Assembly (NCBI GenBank): GCA_044868145.1
Contig: JBIOWE010000004.1
Location: 203,197 to 267,196 of the forward strand
Direction: 5' to 3'
Length of the DNA stretch: 64,000 bases
Origin: Patescibacteria group bacterium
Lineage (GTDB): Bacteria > Patescibacteriota > Patescibacteriia > UBA10025 > JBIOWE01
A model generated the notes under the pieces. The model was not told where the DNA came from and did no database searches. It was given only the letters and a program-made list of their open reading frames with translations. The translations under genes were made by a program, and so were the position numbers. This document shows, one piece after another, positions 40,829-50,456 of this stretch (positions are counted from its first letter, which is position 1; the number at the start of each line of letters is the position of its first letter).

Positions 40829-40924
40829 TGTCATTTCGAGGAGGCCGAGTTTGTCGAGGCCGACGAGAAATCTCCTTGCCGGCATTCGCTAGGAGATTTC
40901 TCCTCCCTACGGTCATCGAAATGA
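40829..40924. repeat. Nested inverted repeats (outer GTCATTTCGA/TCGAAATGAC, inner 12-bp GAGAAATCTCCT/AGGAGATTTCTC) with an internal direct repeat GAGGCCGA x2. Candidate structured RNA or protein-binding element
   Basis: Complementarity read from the sequence. No ORF of meaningful size covers it. Confidence 0.5.
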
Positions 40925-41254
40925 CAACAGTAGGGCGAAGGTAATAAAACAGGACAGAAATTCATTTCCGCCCTGTTATGACATGTTGTTGGCGTTCGCC
41001 AACTAAACTCCTATTTGGTGAGAGAGAACTTTTTTTGTAATACTTGGTTAACTACCTCAATGAACTTCTTTCCATTCAGCGCTTGTAGGCTATAGATATG
41101 CCAACACGTTTTCCGTGGCTTTCCATAGGATGGTTCCCTCACTCCCCGTCCTTTTTTGCTTTCTGGCGCTTGATTAAGATTGGACACGTCCCCCTCCTCT
41201 TTTTTAGTTTGCTTTTTTTGTGCAATAGAGGCTACTGTACCATAATAAGAATCC

Positions 41255-41283
41255 TTGTCAAGTGCCCGTGAGTCATTTATAAT
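41255..41283 (+). promoter_or_regulatory. Promoter for rpmF-nusB-rnc (TTGTCA-17-TATAAT). The ATG follows about 10 nt after the -10 box, so the mRNA is near-leaderless
   Basis: The sequence is cTTGTCAagtgcccgtgagtcattTATAATggagcttgctATG. Confidence 0.5.
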
Positions 41284-41293
41284 GGAGCTTGCT

Positions 41294-41530
41294 ATGGGCC
41301 TTCCCGGACAAAAACGAAGCAAATCATCAAAGCGTCGGCGCGCGGCTCACTTTGCGTTGAAAAAAATTCAATTTTCGAAATGCCCGAATTGCAAGAAGCC
41401 GTCCTTGCCTCATCGCGTTTGTCCTTTCTGCGGGTATTACAAGGGCCGCGACGTTCTGCAAATGGGCGCGAAAGAAGCGCGTAAACGCAAAAAGCAAAAA
41501 GAACAGGAACAAAAAACTAAAAACGTTTAG
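41294..41530 (+). CDS. rpmF: 50S ribosomal protein L32 (with a basic C-terminal extension)
   Basis: MGLPGQKRSKSSKRRRAAHFAL... plus a zinc ribbon (CPNC...CPFCGYYKGR). The track ORF extends upstream to 41255. Confidence 0.85.
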   Translation: MGLPGQKRSKSSKRRRAAHFALKKIQFSKCPNCKKPSLPHRVCPFCGYYKGRDVLQMGAKEARKRKKQKEQEQKTKNV

Positions 41531-41536
41531 GTTGTT

Positions 41537-42028
41537 ATGTCCAATCGCCATCTCGCACGTACGATTGCCATGCAGTCGCTCTATGAGTGGGACTTCAACA
41601 AGCTCACAGAGCAGCAATTACTGAAACTCGTTGATTACAATGTCCGGGAGTTTGCACCCGGTCTCGACGATCATGGGTTTATTTTGCACCTCGTGAAGGG
41701 CGTGCTGCGCCATTTACCAGAGATCAACGCGCTCATTACGAAGTACGCGCCTGAATGGCCGCTTGAGCAGATCACGGTTGTTGACCGCAATGTGCTCCGG
41801 ATTGGCATTTTTGAATTGAAACTTTCAAGCGGTGCAATCCCTCCGAAAGTGGCTATTAATGAAGCGATTGAACTCGCGAAGACTTTTGGCGGCGAATCAT
41901 CCGGTAAGTTCGTCAACGGCGTACTCGGTACTATTTATAAAGAGATGGTTGGGAAGGGCGAAATTGCGGCCACGGACGGTAACGCTCAAACGTCCCAACA
42001 ACCAACGCCGCCAGTGACGCAAAACTAG
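41537..42028 (+). CDS. nusB: Transcription antitermination factor NusB
   Basis: Motif [17 protein letters not shown]. About 140-aa NusB fold plus a C-terminal tail. Confidence 0.85.
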   Translation: MSNRHLARTIAMQSLYEWDFNKLTEQQLLKLVDYNVREFAPGLDDHGFILHLVKGVLRHLPEINALITKYAPEWPLEQITVVDRNVLRIGIFELKLSSGAIPPKVAINEAIELAKTFGGESSGKFVNGVLGTIYKEMVGKGEIAATDGNAQTSQQPTPPVTQN

Positions 42029-42046
42029 TAATCGTCGTTTTTTTGC

Positions 42047-42739
42047 ATGAAAGATTTTTCTCAACTGGAAAAGAAAATTGGAGTGAAGTTTCAAAATCCT
42101 GATCTTTTGAAACAAGCACTCGTCCACCGTTCGTATTTAAATGAGCATCCGACCTTTGCTTTGCATCATAACGAGCGGTTGGAGTTTTTAGGTGACGCGG
42201 TCCTTGAACTGATCGTCACCGAATATTTATATACGCATTTTAACAATCCGGAAGGCGAACTAACGAACTGGCGCGCGAGTCTTGTTAATGCCAACGCGCT
42301 CGCTGAAATCACCAAACAGCTTGATCTTGAGGATTACTTATTTCTGTCCCGAGGAGAATCGAAGGACGCGAACTCCAAAGCACGGCACTATATTCTCGCG
42401 AACGCGCTCGAAGCGCTTATCGGTGCGATGTACCTCGATGGCGGATGGGACACGGCAAAGGCATTCGTTACAAAGCACATTTTGTCGAAATTGGATTACA
42501 TTATCGAACACAAGCTTTACCTTGATCCGAAAAGCCGTTTTCAGGAAGAATCCCAGGAGCGATATGGTATTACGCCGACCTATCGAGTGCTGTCGGAAAC
42601 CGGACCGGATCATTCAAAACAATTCGTTGTTGGATTGTATCTTGGCGACGAAGAGGTGGCTCGCGGCAGAGGTTCTTCCAAACAGGAAGCGCAAGTTGAT
42701 GCTGCGGCCAATGGATTGAAGGTCAAAGGGTGGGATTAG
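42047..42739 (+). CDS. rnc: Ribonuclease III
   Basis: RNase III signature ERLEFLGDAVLELIVTEYLY and a C-terminal dsRBD. Confidence 0.95.
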   Translation: MKDFSQLEKKIGVKFQNPDLLKQALVHRSYLNEHPTFALHHNERLEFLGDAVLELIVTEYLYTHFNNPEGELTNWRASLVNANALAEITKQLDLEDYLFLSRGESKDANSKARHYILANALEALIGAMYLDGGWDTAKAFVTKHILSKLDYIIEHKLYLDPKSRFQEESQERYGITPTYRVLSETGPDHSKQFVVGLYLGDEEVARGRGSSKQEAQVDAAANGLKVKGWD

Positions 42740-42843
42740 CGCTTGACATTAAGTAGGCTTTTTGCTAGATTGGCTCATTAGCCCTTTTATAAAATAAACA
42801 AGGAACATAGTGGCCAAGTAATTTCTACATGTAAGGAGGACGC

Positions 42844-43182
42844 GTGAAAAACATCAAACGGCAGTTTTTTCGCCAACAAGGATATAACTGTGAGAACTCG
42901 GGCTGCGGATATTCTGCTCTTGCTGATCGTCGTACACTTCAATCGATAAGAAGTCGAGACACCATCCCAGCTCTTTGGGTTGATGTTCAGCAGGAGAAAG
43001 TGTACTGCTATCAGTGCAAACGACAGCTTGAATATCTCATCGGGAGAGAGCTCATTGCGCTTGTTGTCATTCTTGTTGAACAAGAAAAGATCCCGGCCGA
43101 AAAACGCCGACAAGTCAATGACGCAATTCACGTCAGAAACGGAAAGCATATTTTTTACCCATTCGCCTCAATGCGGCGATAA
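42844..43182 (+). CDS. Small Cys-containing hypothetical protein (GTG start after AAGGAGGA)
   Basis: taaggaggacgcGTG gives a strong SD. CxxxxC...CxxC pattern. Followed by an intrinsic terminator. Confidence 0.55.
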   Translation: MKNIKRQFFRQQGYNCENSGCGYSALADRRTLQSIRSRDTIPALWVDVQQEKVYCYQCKRQLEYLIGRELIALVVILVEQEKIPAEKRRQVNDAIHVRNGKHIFYPFASMRR

Positions 43183-43257
43183 AGTGCCTTACAATAAGTA
43201 TATGCCCAAGAAAAATTCTTGGGCATTTTATTATCAAATCCCGTTTTTTCAACCAAA

Positions 43258-43292
43258 AAGCTGAAGCGAAAAACCTCTTCAGCTTTTTTGTA
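43258..43292 (+). terminator. Intrinsic terminator (AAGCTGAAG...CTTCAGCTT + TTTTTTG)
   Basis: 9-bp stem and a T-run. Confidence 0.8.
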
Positions 43293-43392
43293 TGTTTCGT
43301 CCCTTGACAGATTTTCTGTTCCTGCGGTAAGATACACCACTAACCCAAAAACCTAAACAATGGTACGGAATAGCGTACCTAAGGAGGAATTA

Positions 43393-44088
43393 ATGAGGGA
43401 TAGCACTTTGACAGAGCAATCGTCAGAAAAGGGAGGAGGGATGAGACCGTTTACAACTATTTTTGCATGCCTGGGTATTTGTATAGCCTTGCTCGCCATT
43501 GCATGGTTTGCAATCCTCGGCCCATATATTGTCCGAGTAGAAAAGCACGTTATGGACAGGATTGATCAGGCGAGTGATTCAAGCCAGGCAGCAATCAAAG
43601 CTGTTTCCACCTCTCTCACAGAGTCTTGGAAAATGTTTGACTCTACCGCAGTAAAAAAGTCGGTACGGATGCTTACCAGCAAGGAATTGTCACATGATAC
43701 GGCACTGGTTTCACTGCAGATGCAAAACAACACATTCACACAGAGTGTCCAACAAGCTGAAACGACTTTAGCGAAGCTTGAAAGGGCAGTTACCGATTCT
43801 AGCAAGGCTGTTCGCGACTATTTCCTCGGGTATCTCGACATGATGAGTCGCAGTCTCGAAAATCGTTTTGATAATTTGTTCCAGCTTGTCTACAATGTCG
43901 GAAAGGACCAGGAGACAATGAAAGCCGATATCCATGGATTGGCTAAGTACAGCAGCTCATCACTCCATCATTTCTGGCCATTCAGCTTAGCGCAGGGAAG
44001 CTATAAACCCAAATCGTCGAAGCAAGACACGACAAAGTTTCGTACACTTCCATCTCCCCAACCTCTTCAAACAGCTCCTTCAGATTGA
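43393..44088 (+). CDS. Membrane-anchored coiled-coil protein, hypothetical
   Basis: Start MRDSTL after aaggaggaattaATG. One TM helix (FTTIFACLGICIALLAIAWFAIL). Confidence 0.55.
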   Translation: MRDSTLTEQSSEKGGGMRPFTTIFACLGICIALLAIAWFAILGPYIVRVEKHVMDRIDQASDSSQAAIKAVSTSLTESWKMFDSTAVKKSVRMLTSKELSHDTALVSLQMQNNTFTQSVQQAETTLAKLERAVTDSSKAVRDYFLGYLDMMSRSLENRFDNLFQLVYNVGKDQETMKADIHGLAKYSSSSLHHFWPFSLAQGSYKPKSSKQDTTKFRTLPSPQPLQTAPSD

Positions 44089-44153
44089 CCCTCTCCAGAA
44101 CCCATCGTCTGTATATGACGGTGGGTTTTTCTTTCTGGTATAATAGGTATTGC

Positions 44154-44516
44154 ATGGAACTCACGAAAAAAAAGTGCATACCCTGCGAGGGAGGAACTCC
44201 CCCGCTTACACCGGAACAGTACAAGCCCTTTCTTGAACAAGTGCCAACGTGGCGCGTGCAGAAGATCACCGTTGATGGGCAATCCGTTGATACGTTGCAA
44301 AAAAATTTTTCGTTTAAGAATTTCCAGAAATTGATGGATTTTCTCGTCGAAGTCGGCAAACTCGCAGAGGTAGAAGGACACCATCCTAATTTTTACGTAC
44401 ATGACTACCGATTCGTTGATTTTACACTCTACACGCATGCGATTAAAGGGCTTCACGACAACGACTTTATTTTGGCCGCGAAAATAGACGAAACCTACCG
44501 GCAGCCCAGCAAGTAG
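44154..44516 (+). CDS. Pterin-4-alpha-carbinolamine dehydratase (PCD/DCoH family)
   Basis: Motifs CIPCEGG...EGHHP...H. The likely start is MELTKKK at 44154; the track ORF starts at 44085. Confidence 0.7.
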   Translation: MELTKKKCIPCEGGTPPLTPEQYKPFLEQVPTWRVQKITVDGQSVDTLQKNFSFKNFQKLMDFLVEVGKLAEVEGHHPNFYVHDYRFVDFTLYTHAIKGLHDNDFILAAKIDETYRQPSK

Positions 44517-44664
44517 GTTTCTTTCATCGATCTTTTCCTTTCCAGAGCGGGAACTGGCAGGAATTTTTTTGTTCGGTCGCATATCTATTGACAAAGATTC
44601 ATATGTTCTTTAAGATGACGCGAGCTGAACTTTGACAAAAAATAACATAAACAATGGAGGGAAA

Positions 44665-44973
44665 GTGACACAAGAGAAAGAACGCGCAGAGTTTACGGCA
44701 AAGGTGGAGTTTTGGAGTCGTTGCTTGAGCCATATTGAACGTAAGCGTCCAAATCAAAATACACCTGTCTTGCGCAGGTTTAAGGCGCTGTTACAACGCA
44801 TAGCGTGCGAAAAAATACCTGACTGGCTTGCGTTGAGTGTTGATCCCAGCGATGAAGATCTCTATGACAAGGTATCGCACTTGCAAATAGCAGCAAGGCA
44901 GGAACTGGGCTTCATAAGCGTACCAGGCGTTTCCATTGCAGAACTGGAGGCACAGTATGCCTACGTTTCTTGA
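44665..44973 (+). CDS. Hypothetical protein (about 102 aa)
   Basis: GTG start after aatggagggaaa. Overlaps the pyrF start. No motif recognised. Confidence 0.45.
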   Translation: MTQEKERAEFTAKVEFWSRCLSHIERKRPNQNTPVLRRFKALLQRIACEKIPDWLALSVDPSDEDLYDKVSHLQIAARQELGFISVPGVSIAELEAQYAYVS

Positions 44974-45811
44974 GAAGTTGAAAGCAGCACAGGAAAAGAA
45001 CAACAGTTGGGTGTGCGTAGGGCTTGATCCGGATATAAGGAAATTGCCTAACTATCTGGAAAGATATCTCGATCGCGAGAACGCAATCTTCACCTTCAAC
45101 AGGAAAATCATTGACGCCACCCGCGAACTCGTTTGCGCTTATAAGCCCAATATCGCATTCTACAGCGCCGAAGGTTTACCAGGGTTGACCGCTCTCATGA
45201 GAACCGTCCAGTATATCGCCAGTACATACCCGGAAATCTGCATCATTCTTGACGCAAAACGAGGCGATATTGGTCCTACTGCAGTGCAGTATGCAAAGGA
45301 AGCGTTTGAGGTGTTCGGCGCAGACGCTGCTACGGTCAATCCCTACTCAGGTTTTGACACGCTGGAAGCCTTTTTTAACTATCCGAATAAAGGCACGATT
45401 GTCCTTTGCAAAACATCGAACAAAGGGTCGAGTGACATGCAGGATTGCTGGGTAACGACAAAGAAAGGCTTTGTGCAGCTCTTCCACATTGTCGCCGAAA
45501 AAATACGAGAGCAATTCAAACGTACCGGCAATGTCGGTCTTGTAGTAGGCGCTACGTACCCAGCGGAGCTTAGGCAGGTTAGGGAAATTGTCGATTCTTA
45601 TATGCCTATACTCATCCCAGGCATTGGTACTCAAGGTGGCGATTTGGCAGCGACCATGAAAGCGAATTGTGGCGGGCTCGCTCTCATCAATTCTTCCAGC
45701 GGCATTTTGTATGCTTATCAAAAAGTTCAAAGCGGCGATGAGTATAAGTTCGCCGAGTACGCAGCAGCTGAAGCGGAGAAGCTACGAGATCAGATCAACC
45801 AATTGAAATAG
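44936..45811 (+). CDS. pyrF: Orotidine 5'-phosphate decarboxylase (long type-2 form)
   Basis: Motifs VCVGLDPD and DAKRGDIG plus a C-terminal block. The start is possibly at 44957 (MPTFLEK). Confidence 0.85.
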   Translation: MQNWRHSMPTFLEKLKAAQEKNNSWVCVGLDPDIRKLPNYLERYLDRENAIFTFNRKIIDATRELVCAYKPNIAFYSAEGLPGLTALMRTVQYIASTYPEICIILDAKRGDIGPTAVQYAKEAFEVFGADAATVNPYSGFDTLEAFFNYPNKGTIVLCKTSNKGSSDMQDCWVTTKKGFVQLFHIVAEKIREQFKRTGNVGLVVGATYPAELRQVREIVDSYMPILIPGIGTQGGDLAATMKANCGGLALINSSSGILYAYQKVQSGDEYKFAEYAAAEAEKLRDQINQLK

Positions 45812-45938
45812 CATCTTTATGAAAGCCAGACGTTTTTGTCTGGCTTTTTTATTGCTTGACCCCGCCAGAGCTCTCATGCTACTGTGTTAATAATTTAGTC
45901 AATTGAACGTTCACAATAAAAACTTAGGAGGCCATCCG

Positions 45939-46619
45939 ATGAATTGGAAAGAGAGATTTGAGCACGAAGGATTGACCAAAGATGGACACTTTGTCCTTCA
46001 TGGGGGGATTCACGCCCCGAAGTATTTCGATTCCGCGGTCCCAACGACCCGGAATCACCCCCTATTTAACGAGATCGTGGACGCCCTGTGTCAACTCGTG
46101 CGTCCAAACATCGCACAACGGGTAACCGTGCTTGGTTGTGGAAAGGCTGCTTTCTATGCCCATCAAGTCGCCATGCGATTGCCCGGGATGCGCAATATTC
46201 GGACAAGATTTGCGTTTTTAACCCGCGAGCTGCACGGCCCGTTGTTGCTTTCGTATGATCAAGGGAGTCTCTTGCGAGACGAACGAGATCCGAGGAAAGG
46301 GGCGGATGTGATTTTCGTGGATGACGTACATACGACCGGCGCGACCCTCGACAGCGTTATCGATGTTACGAATCGGCGCGGTGCCAGTATTCGTCAGTAC
46401 ATCACCATCGTGAATCGTTCCAAAGAGCAGATACACAATTACACGTCAGAATACAACCTCTTGATTGAGTCATTAGTGAACCTTTCTGACATGAAGTTGT
46501 GGGAAAGTCGTTCTGTGTGTGAACTCTGCGCAAAAGGCATCCCGATCAGCACGGAATATGGGATGGGCCGCCAAGAATTTTCGCTCCTAGGTCAGCCAGT
46601 GGCAAAGGTAAGAAAATAG
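45939..46619 (+). CDS. pyrE: Phosphoribosyltransferase, probably orotate PRTase
   Basis: PRPP-binding motif VIFVDDVHTTGATL. Adjacent to pyrF. Start MNWKERF after ttaggaggccatccgATG. Confidence 0.65.
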   Translation: MNWKERFEHEGLTKDGHFVLHGGIHAPKYFDSAVPTTRNHPLFNEIVDALCQLVRPNIAQRVTVLGCGKAAFYAHQVAMRLPGMRNIRTRFAFLTRELHGPLLLSYDQGSLLRDERDPRKGADVIFVDDVHTTGATLDSVIDVTNRRGASIRQYITIVNRSKEQIHNYTSEYNLLIESLVNLSDMKLWESRSVCELCAKGIPISTEYGMGRQEFSLLGQPVAKVRK

Positions 46620-46628
46620 CACATTATG

Positions 46629-46664
46629 CCGCCGATTTATATACAAAAGTCGGCGGTTTTTCTT
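46629..46664 (+). terminator. Intrinsic terminator after pyrE (CCGCCGA...TCGGCGG + TTTTTCTTTG)
   Basis: 7-bp GC stem and a T-run. Confidence 0.75.
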
Positions 46665-46769
46665 TGCGAAAATGCTAAAATTTGCTAAACTACATAAACG
46701 TAACAAGGGTTTTTACCTTTACTTATTCATATCTGATTAGACGATTAGCGAATCAACCGATTAACTAAG

Positions 46770-49424
46770 ATGTATCTGCAGAAACTCGAAATTCAAGGGT
46801 TTAAGTCCTTTGCGACCAAAGTACATTTGGAATTTACCGAGGGTATTACCGCGGTGGTCGGTCCGAATGGTTCAGGGAAGTCCAACATCGCTGACGCAGT
46901 TCGTTGGGTGCTCGGAGAACAGAGCATGCGCCTTTTGCGCAGTAAAAAAGCCGACGACGTGATCTTCGCAGGGTCCGACAAGAAAACCAGGCTTGGGTTC
47001 GCCCAGGTCGATTTGCATTTCAATAACGAGGACCACAAAGCGCCCCTCGATTATCCCGAAGTGGTCATTTCGCGGCGCGTGTATAGGTCCGGCGAGGGAG
47101 AATATTTCATTAATAAGAATAAAGTACGACTCCAAGATGTCTTGCTCTTGCTTGCAAAATCAAGCGTGGGCCAGCGCACCTACTCCATCATCAGCCAAGG
47201 GATGGCTGATATGATTTTGAATCTGACGCCCGCGGAGCGGAAGAATTTCTTCGACGAGGCCGCCGGCGTTCGCGAATTTCAGATAAAAAAAGATCAAGCC
47301 GAGCATAAACTTGACGCGACAACCGAGAATATCAAGCAGGCCGATCTGCTCATTCACGAAATTGCGCCGCGACTTCGGTCTCTCACGCGCCAAGTCCATC
47401 GGCTTGAACGCCGCGGTGAAGTGTTGGCCCAATTGAAGGAATCACAACACCGGTATTACGCTTGGACTTGGCATGATCTCGCAAAGCACATCAGCGAACA
47501 GGAACGCAAACAAACCGACGCAACGAGCGCGCAAGAGGCGATTGCCAAAACCGTCAATACGCTCAAACAGCAATTGGAGGCTTTGAGTCAGGGGGGGTCG
47601 CGCACGCAAGCGTTTCAAAAACTTGAGCGCGAATATCGCGTGCTCACCGAGGAAAAAAGTAAATTGCTCCGCGATGAAGCGCGCTTGAAGGGTAAAATGG
47701 ACGTCGAATTGGAGAAAACCGGGCATGCGAATCTTGGTTGGCTCGAGCGCCGTCTAGAAGAGTTGGAGGGTCGCCGCACGCAACTCGAGGAGGAGCACGC
47801 ATCACTCGAAACCGAGCGCAAGGGCATGGCTCAAAAACAAGACGTGATAACGCGGGAATTGCAAGGCGTCATTCGAACAATCGAGCAGCTCAATAGCCAA
47901 ATCGAGCAGCAGAAAAATAAAGTACACAGCCAGCGGTCAACCGCGGTTCGCGAAATGGCGAATGACGTCGCGCAGTTATATGAACGTCAGGAGGCGTTCT
48001 ACGAAAAATTACGCGCAGCCCAGTCTACCGGCGACCTGAAACAACTGCAAGCGGAGGCGAAGAATATCACGGACGGCCTCAAAGACCTTTCGTTTAAACT
48101 CCGCGATCAGGAAACAATGAGCCCGGAAGAAGCGCTCGCGTTGCAAGCGAAGCTTACTGAACTGTATCAGCAGAAAGATCGCTTGACGCAGACGTTGCAT
48201 GAGTGGAACATGAAGACGCAAGCGGTAGACGAACGCCTTTCGTTTGCCCGTGAAGAACTCGACGAAACGGAAACCGAGCGGGAACGCGCCAGCGGCGAAT
48301 ACACGGCTGCAAAGAGTCAGGCCGGACCGGGTGGACAAGGGGTATTGCGTGAAGAAATTGAAAAAATCGTTCAGCACATAAAAAAGGTTGATGCGCAGAT
48401 ACTGGATCTTTCGCAGCAGCTCGCGGCTTTCCATGACCAAGAGGAAAAGAAAAAAACGGAAATTGTGCGCATCCAGCGAGCGCTCTCTGACGCTCAAACA
48501 AAGCTCGCCGGCGCAATGACGGTATCGAACGATATCAAAGTTGAGCTTGCGCGACTGGAAACGCGCCGGGAAGATTTGTTACGCGAAATGCGTGACGAAT
48601 TGTTACACGAAGAAATGGATCGAGCAAAAAATGTTCGCGAGGCGTCGCCGATCAAGGAGGATGCGTTCCAAGAGATTCAACGCCTCAAAGCACAGCTTTC
48701 GCAAATCGGCGGTATAGATCCGCAAATTGAAAAAGAATACACGGAAACAAAAGAACGCCACGATTTTCTTACAACGCAAGGCAAGGACTTGAAGAAAGCG
48801 ATGGAGGATTTGGAAGTGACGATCGAGAACCTCGATAACCAGATGAAATTGCGATTCAACAAATCTTTTGAAGCTATTAATGAGCAGTTTGGTCAATATT
48901 TCAAAATACTTTTTAATGGTGGCAGCGCAAAGCTGGGCCTCATTAAAGAAGTACCCCAGGAAGATGTGGTCATGGATGAGGAACAGGGAGAGAGTCCCGA
49001 AGAAACGGAAGAGGACCTAGAGGAAGAGCAGAAGCCAAAAGGTGAAAAAATTATTACTGGTGTAGAAATTATCGCACAGCCACCGGGCAAGCGTCTCAAA
49101 GGGATCAGCATGCTTTCCGGGGGCGAGCGCGCGCTCACGTCCATCGCACTCATTTGCGCGATTATTCATAACAATCCCTCGCCGTTTATTATTCTTGACG
49201 AGGTGGACGCAGCGCTTGATGAATCAAACTCTATTCGTTTTTCCTCGATTTTAGGGCAGCTCTCCAAAAAAACACAATTTATTGTGGTCACGCACAATCG
49301 CGCAACCATGCAAAAGGCGAATATTCTCTATGGCGTGACTATGGGCGACGACGGCGTTTCAAAACTTCTTTCAGTGAAAATGGAAGAAGCGGAACGCGTG
49401 ATTGAGCGAGGGACGAGGGGTTGA
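46770..49424 (+). CDS. smc: SMC-like chromosome segregation ATPase (884 aa; SMC head halves and coiled coil, no recognisable hinge)
   Basis: N-terminus MYLQKLEIQGFKSF...GPNGSGKSNI. C-terminal signature LSGGERALTSIALICAI...ILDEVDAALDE. The central region is entirely coiled-coil-like, with no Gly-rich hinge and no CxxC hook. No SD precedes the ATG. Confidence 0.8.
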   Translation: MYLQKLEIQGFKSFATKVHLEFTEGITAVVGPNGSGKSNIADAVRWVLGEQSMRLLRSKKADDVIFAGSDKKTRLGFAQVDLHFNNEDHKAPLDYPEVVISRRVYRSGEGEYFINKNKVRLQDVLLLLAKSSVGQRTYSIISQGMADMILNLTPAERKNFFDEAAGVREFQIKKDQAEHKLDATTENIKQADLLIHEIAPRLRSLTRQVHRLERRGEVLAQLKESQHRYYAWTWHDLAKHISEQERKQTDATSAQEAIAKTVNTLKQQLEALSQGGSRTQAFQKLEREYRVLTEEKSKLLRDEARLKGKMDVELEKTGHANLGWLERRLEELEGRRTQLEEEHASLETERKGMAQKQDVITRELQGVIRTIEQLNSQIEQQKNKVHSQRSTAVREMANDVAQLYERQEAFYEKLRAAQSTGDLKQLQAEAKNITDGLKDLSFKLRDQETMSPEEALALQAKLTELYQQKDRLTQTLHEWNMKTQAVDERLSFAREELDETETERERASGEYTAAKSQAGPGGQGVLREEIEKIVQHIKKVDAQILDLSQQLAAFHDQEEKKKTEIVRIQRALSDAQTKLAGAMTVSNDIKVELARLETRREDLLREMRDELLHEEMDRAKNVREASPIKEDAFQEIQRLKAQLSQIGGIDPQIEKEYTETKERHDFLTTQGKDLKKAMEDLEVTIENLDNQMKLRFNKSFEAINEQFGQYFKILFNGGSAKLGLIKEVPQEDVVMDEEQGESPEETEEDLEEEQKPKGEKIITGVEIIAQPPGKRLKGISMLSGGERALTSIALICAIIHNNPSPFIILDEVDAALDESNSIRFSSILGQLSKKTQFIVVTHNRATMQKANILYGVTMGDDGVSKLLSVKMEEAERVIERGTRG

Positions 49425-49459
49425 CACGGCGGGCCGCGTGCTGTACCATCAACAATACT

Positions 49460-49900
49460 ATGTTAATGATCCGCTTGGCAAAAATCGGAAAAAAGAAGTA
49501 TCGCACGTTCCGCGTGGTCGTGTCTGAAAAATCGCGTGACGTGTTTGGGCCGGCGAATGAAATCCTCGGTTACTACGATCCGCACAAGAACGAGTTGAAA
49601 GTGAACGCTGAACGCGTGCAACACTGGATTTCCGTTGGTGCAAAGCCATCCCCTACTTTGCATAATCTTTTTGTAAGCCAAAATATCATCAAGGGAAAGA
49701 AGGTTGCGTTTGTTCGGGCAAAAAAGAAGAAGCAGGAAGAGGGAACGCCGGAAGCAAAAGCAGCGGAACCAACAAAGGAAGCAAAGGAAGAGCCTAAGCC
49801 GGCTGTACCGAAAGAAAAGAAGGAAGAACCGAAGGCTGTCAAAGCGGAAACGCCAAAAACTGAGGAGCCCGTGGACAAACAGAAGGCGAGAGCCGCATAA
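49460..49900 (+). CDS. rpsP: 30S ribosomal protein S16 with a Lys/Glu-rich C-terminal extension
   Basis: MLMIRLAKIGKKKYRTFRVVV...YYDP is the S16 core. The track ORF begins earlier, at 49421. Confidence 0.85.
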   Translation: MLMIRLAKIGKKKYRTFRVVVSEKSRDVFGPANEILGYYDPHKNELKVNAERVQHWISVGAKPSPTLHNLFVSQNIIKGKKVAFVRAKKKKQEEGTPEAKAAEPTKEAKEEPKPAVPKEKKEEPKAVKAETPKTEEPVDKQKARAA

Positions 49901-50035
49901 AATTGACAACAGATATTTGGTATGATAGGCTCTTTTGTAGAAGTAGCCTCTTCCTTGACGCAAAGAAATATTATCAAATCTAAAGGTCGGCAGGCTTGAA
50001 AGGCTATCTTTTTTAGAGAAACTACTTAAGAATTC

Positions 50036-50392
50036 TTGAAGACTATGGTTGCACGAGCAAGCGCTGGTACGCCAGCTGGAAAAGATCAAGAGTTCGTCGA
50101 GTACGTGGTAAAAGGGCTCGTTGACCGCCCCGAGGACGTCAAAGCCGAACGGACCGTTGACGAGATGGGCGTCTTGATTACGCTCAAGGTGAATCCGGCC
50201 GATCTCGGCCAGGTCATTGGCCGCCAAGGCCAAACAGCCAAAGCGATTCGAACATTGCTTCGCGTTGTTGGCGCAAAGAACCACGCTCGCGTGAACTTGA
50301 AGATCCACGAACCGGAAGGGTTCCGCAAAGGGCCCGCTCCGCGAGAACAAGTGGCTGAAGACACCTCAGCCGTTGACGATTTGAAGATTTAA
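50036..50392 (+). CDS. KH-domain RNA-binding protein (YlqC/UPF0109-like)
   Basis: KH GxxG loop (VIGRQGQTAKAIRTLL). Canonical position between rpsP and trmD. Confidence 0.7.
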   Translation: MKTMVARASAGTPAGKDQEFVEYVVKGLVDRPEDVKAERTVDEMGVLITLKVNPADLGQVIGRQGQTAKAIRTLLRVVGAKNHARVNLKIHEPEGFRKGPAPREQVAEDTSAVDDLKI

Positions 50393-50456
50393 TTCGACTA
50401 ATAGACAAAAGCCGCGACCTTTGTGATATACTTCACTCGCGGTTTTTGATTTACCT

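Noticed and set aside
42787-43149. 120-aa minus-strand ORF
   Set aside because: It competes with the + strand ORF at 42844-43182, which has a strong SD (AAGGAGGA) and a downstream intrinsic terminator on its own strand.
44067-44594. 175-aa minus-strand ORF
   Set aside because: It overlaps the pterin-4a-carbinolamine dehydratase gene and the end of the upstream membrane-protein gene, both of which have good SDs and motifs.
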